NCBI GenBank assembly: GCA_025060695.1
Contig: JANXBH010000009.1
Span: 584-64,583, forward strand
DNA from: a candidate division WOR-3 bacterium
GTDB lineage: Bacteria; Hydrothermota; Hydrothermia; LBFQ01; DSFT01
Direction: 5' to 3'
Length of the DNA stretch: 64,000 bases
The stretch's first letter is position 1, and each line of letters begins with the position of its first letter. Of this stretch, positions 62,301 to 64,000 are shown in pieces. The notes beneath the pieces were generated by a model. The model ran no database searches and was not told the DNA's origin. It worked only from the letters and a program-made list of their open reading frames with translations. Both the position numbers and the translations under genes were made by a program.

Positions 62301-62615
62301 ATGAAATATGCTATAATTGAAATTTCTGGAAGGCAAAATAAAGTGGAAGAGGGTAAAGAAATAGTTGTAAATAAAGTCAATAAAAACGAAGGAGAATATG
62401 TGGAAATCAATAAAGTACTTTTTATAAAAAATGGAAATAGTTTTCTATTTGGAAATCCAACTATATCAAATGCAAAAGTTATAGCAAAAGTTATACAACA
62501 TTTTAAAGGACCGAAAATTCTAGTATTTAAATACAAAAGAAAAAATAACTATAGAAGAAGGAAAGGTCATAGACAATTTTTGACAAAACTTTTGATTGAA
62601 AAAATTGAGTATTAA
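62301..62615 (+). CDS. rplU: 50S ribosomal protein L21
   Basis: [27 protein letters not shown]. Confidence 0.96.
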   Translation: MKYAIIEISGRQNKVEEGKEIVVNKVNKNEGEYVEINKVLFIKNGNSFLFGNPTISNAKVIAKVIQHFKGPKILVFKYKRKNNYRRRKGHRQFLTKLLIEKIEY

Positions 62616-63667
62616 TGGATCTTGAAAAAATTTTAGAAAAGTATAAGGAATTAGAGAAAAAACTGTATGAACTAAGTAGTGAAAAGAAATTTGAAGAACT
62701 AAAAGAAGTTGCAAAAGAATACGAATATCTAAAAGAATTAGTCTTGAAAATTGAGGACTATAAAAAATTAAAAGAATACATAGAAGAATTGGAAAAACTA
62801 AAAGAATTAGAAAAAGACCCAAAGATGAAGTCAGAAATCACAGAAGAAATTGAAAATTCAGCAAAAAGCTTAGAAAAGATAGAAAATGAACTAAAGGAAT
62901 TGATAAAACCCAAAGATCCAAATGATGAACTAAATGCGATAATTGAAATTAGAGCAGGAGCAGGTGGAGATGAAGCAGGAATATTTGCAGGAGATTTATT
63001 TAGGATGTATTCAAAGTATGCAGAAAAAAAAGGCTGGAAAATTCATGTAATTGATAGTCATCCAAACGATTACGGAGGATTTAAAGAAATAGTATTTATA
63101 GTGGAAGGAAGAGGAGCTTATGGAAGATTAAAATACGAAGGTGGAGTTCATAGAGTTCAAAGAGTACCAATTACTGAAGCAGGAGGCAGAATACATACTT
63201 CAACTATAAGCGTAGTAGTTTTACCTGAATACAAAGATACTTCCGATATTGAAATAAAAGAAGAAGATTTAAAAATTGAAACTTTTAGATCTAGTGGAGC
63301 AGGAGGTCAGCATGTAAATAAAACAGAAAGTGCAGTAAGAATTACCCATATCCCTACAGGTATAGTTGTTAGTGTCCAAGACGAAAGAAGCCAGCATCAA
63401 AATAAAGCAAAAGCCCTAAGAATCTTAAGAGCAAAATTGAAAGAAATAAAGGAAAGAGAAAAATTTGAAGAAATAGGACAAAAAAGAAAAAGCATGGTAG
63501 GAAGTATGGAAAGATCAGAAAAAATTAGGACATACAACTGGCCGCAAAATAGAGTCACTGACCATAGATTAGAAGGAGAAAATAAAAACTATTCCTTAGA
63601 GTTAATAATTGAGGGTGAATTAGATGAGCTTTTAGACGCACTTAGCTTGAAATTTTCAAATATCTAA
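62615..63667 (+). CDS. prfA: Peptide chain release factor 1
   Basis: PIT (PxT) motif, [12 protein letters not shown]. Confidence 0.96.
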   Translation: MDLEKILEKYKELEKKLYELSSEKKFEELKEVAKEYEYLKELVLKIEDYKKLKEYIEELEKLKELEKDPKMKSEITEEIENSAKSLEKIENELKELIKPKDPNDELNAIIEIRAGAGGDEAGIFAGDLFRMYSKYAEKKGWKIHVIDSHPNDYGGFKEIVFIVEGRGAYGRLKYEGGVHRVQRVPITEAGGRIHTSTISVVVLPEYKDTSDIEIKEEDLKIETFRSSGAGGQHVNKTESAVRITHIPTGIVVSVQDERSQHQNKAKALRILRAKLKEIKEREKFEEIGQKRKSMVGSMERSEKIRTYNWPQNRVTDHRLEGENKNYSLELIIEGELDELLDALSLKFSNI

Positions 63668-64000
63668 CAAGCTTAAAATCATTTTCTTAAACTCTTTGAT
63701 AATTTTAATAACCTTAATTTTTACCCTCTGACCAAGGGTAAATACTTTTCCATTTATATAGGCAAGATATCTATTTTCATCAATAGTTATATTATCCTCA
63801 GGGACAATACCCTCAACTAAATGTTCCTTTATTTCAACATATATACCCTCATTAGAAAAACCACTAACTATTCCTTCAAAAACTTCACCAATTTTGTTTT
63901 TCATAAAATCAAGTTTTTTACTTTCCCAAAGATCCCACTCAGCATCCTCAGCTATTTCCTCCATCTTTGAACAATGCCTTGCAATTTCATCCAACTCCTC
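63656..64000 (-). CDS. rnr: Ribonuclease R family, C-terminal S1 part (runs off the window)
   Basis: E..AE..E...KK..FM...IGEVFEG.VSG...GIYVE...VEG. Confidence 0.8.
   Translation of the reverse strand, partial: EELDEIARHCSKMEEIAEDAEWDLWESKKLDFMKNKIGEVFEGIVSGFSNEGIYVEIKEHLVEGIVPEDNITIDENRYLAYINGKVFTLGQRVKIKVIKIIKEFKKMILSLLDI

Overview
AT-rich (roughly 30% GC by eye), very compact chromosome segment from a diderm bacterium (lpxD present), probably thermophilic. The gene style suggests a WOR-3/FCB-related lineage, but that is inference only. Most of the window is housekeeping genes whose usual operon partners are missing (nuoH, V-ATPase B, rplU, ftsE, rsmH). The left end has two higher-GC DNA methyltransferase genes running into a decayed CRISPR array; one array interval is 278 bp and holds a gltX 5' fragment. 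The best candidate for an undescribed system is a minus-strand operon at 36.4-44.2 kb: PorV-like barrel, large TPR protein, ExbB, two ExbD, TonB, FlgD-Ig/OmpA-like protein and TlpA. Its motor subunits have rearranged membrane charges. The window also encodes four exported proteins with T9SS-like C-terminal tails and many with very short N-terminal signals, which suggests a Ton-powered, T9SS-related export machine (inference). Other signals: about 22 CTTTAAAAT-type -10 boxes 6-13 nt before start codons (leaderless or near-leaderless mRNAs), an SD-less prfB +1 frameshift, a 97%-identical prfA/prfB tract, and a Trp-periodic polyacidic microprotein. All calls are by eye; no database searches were run.
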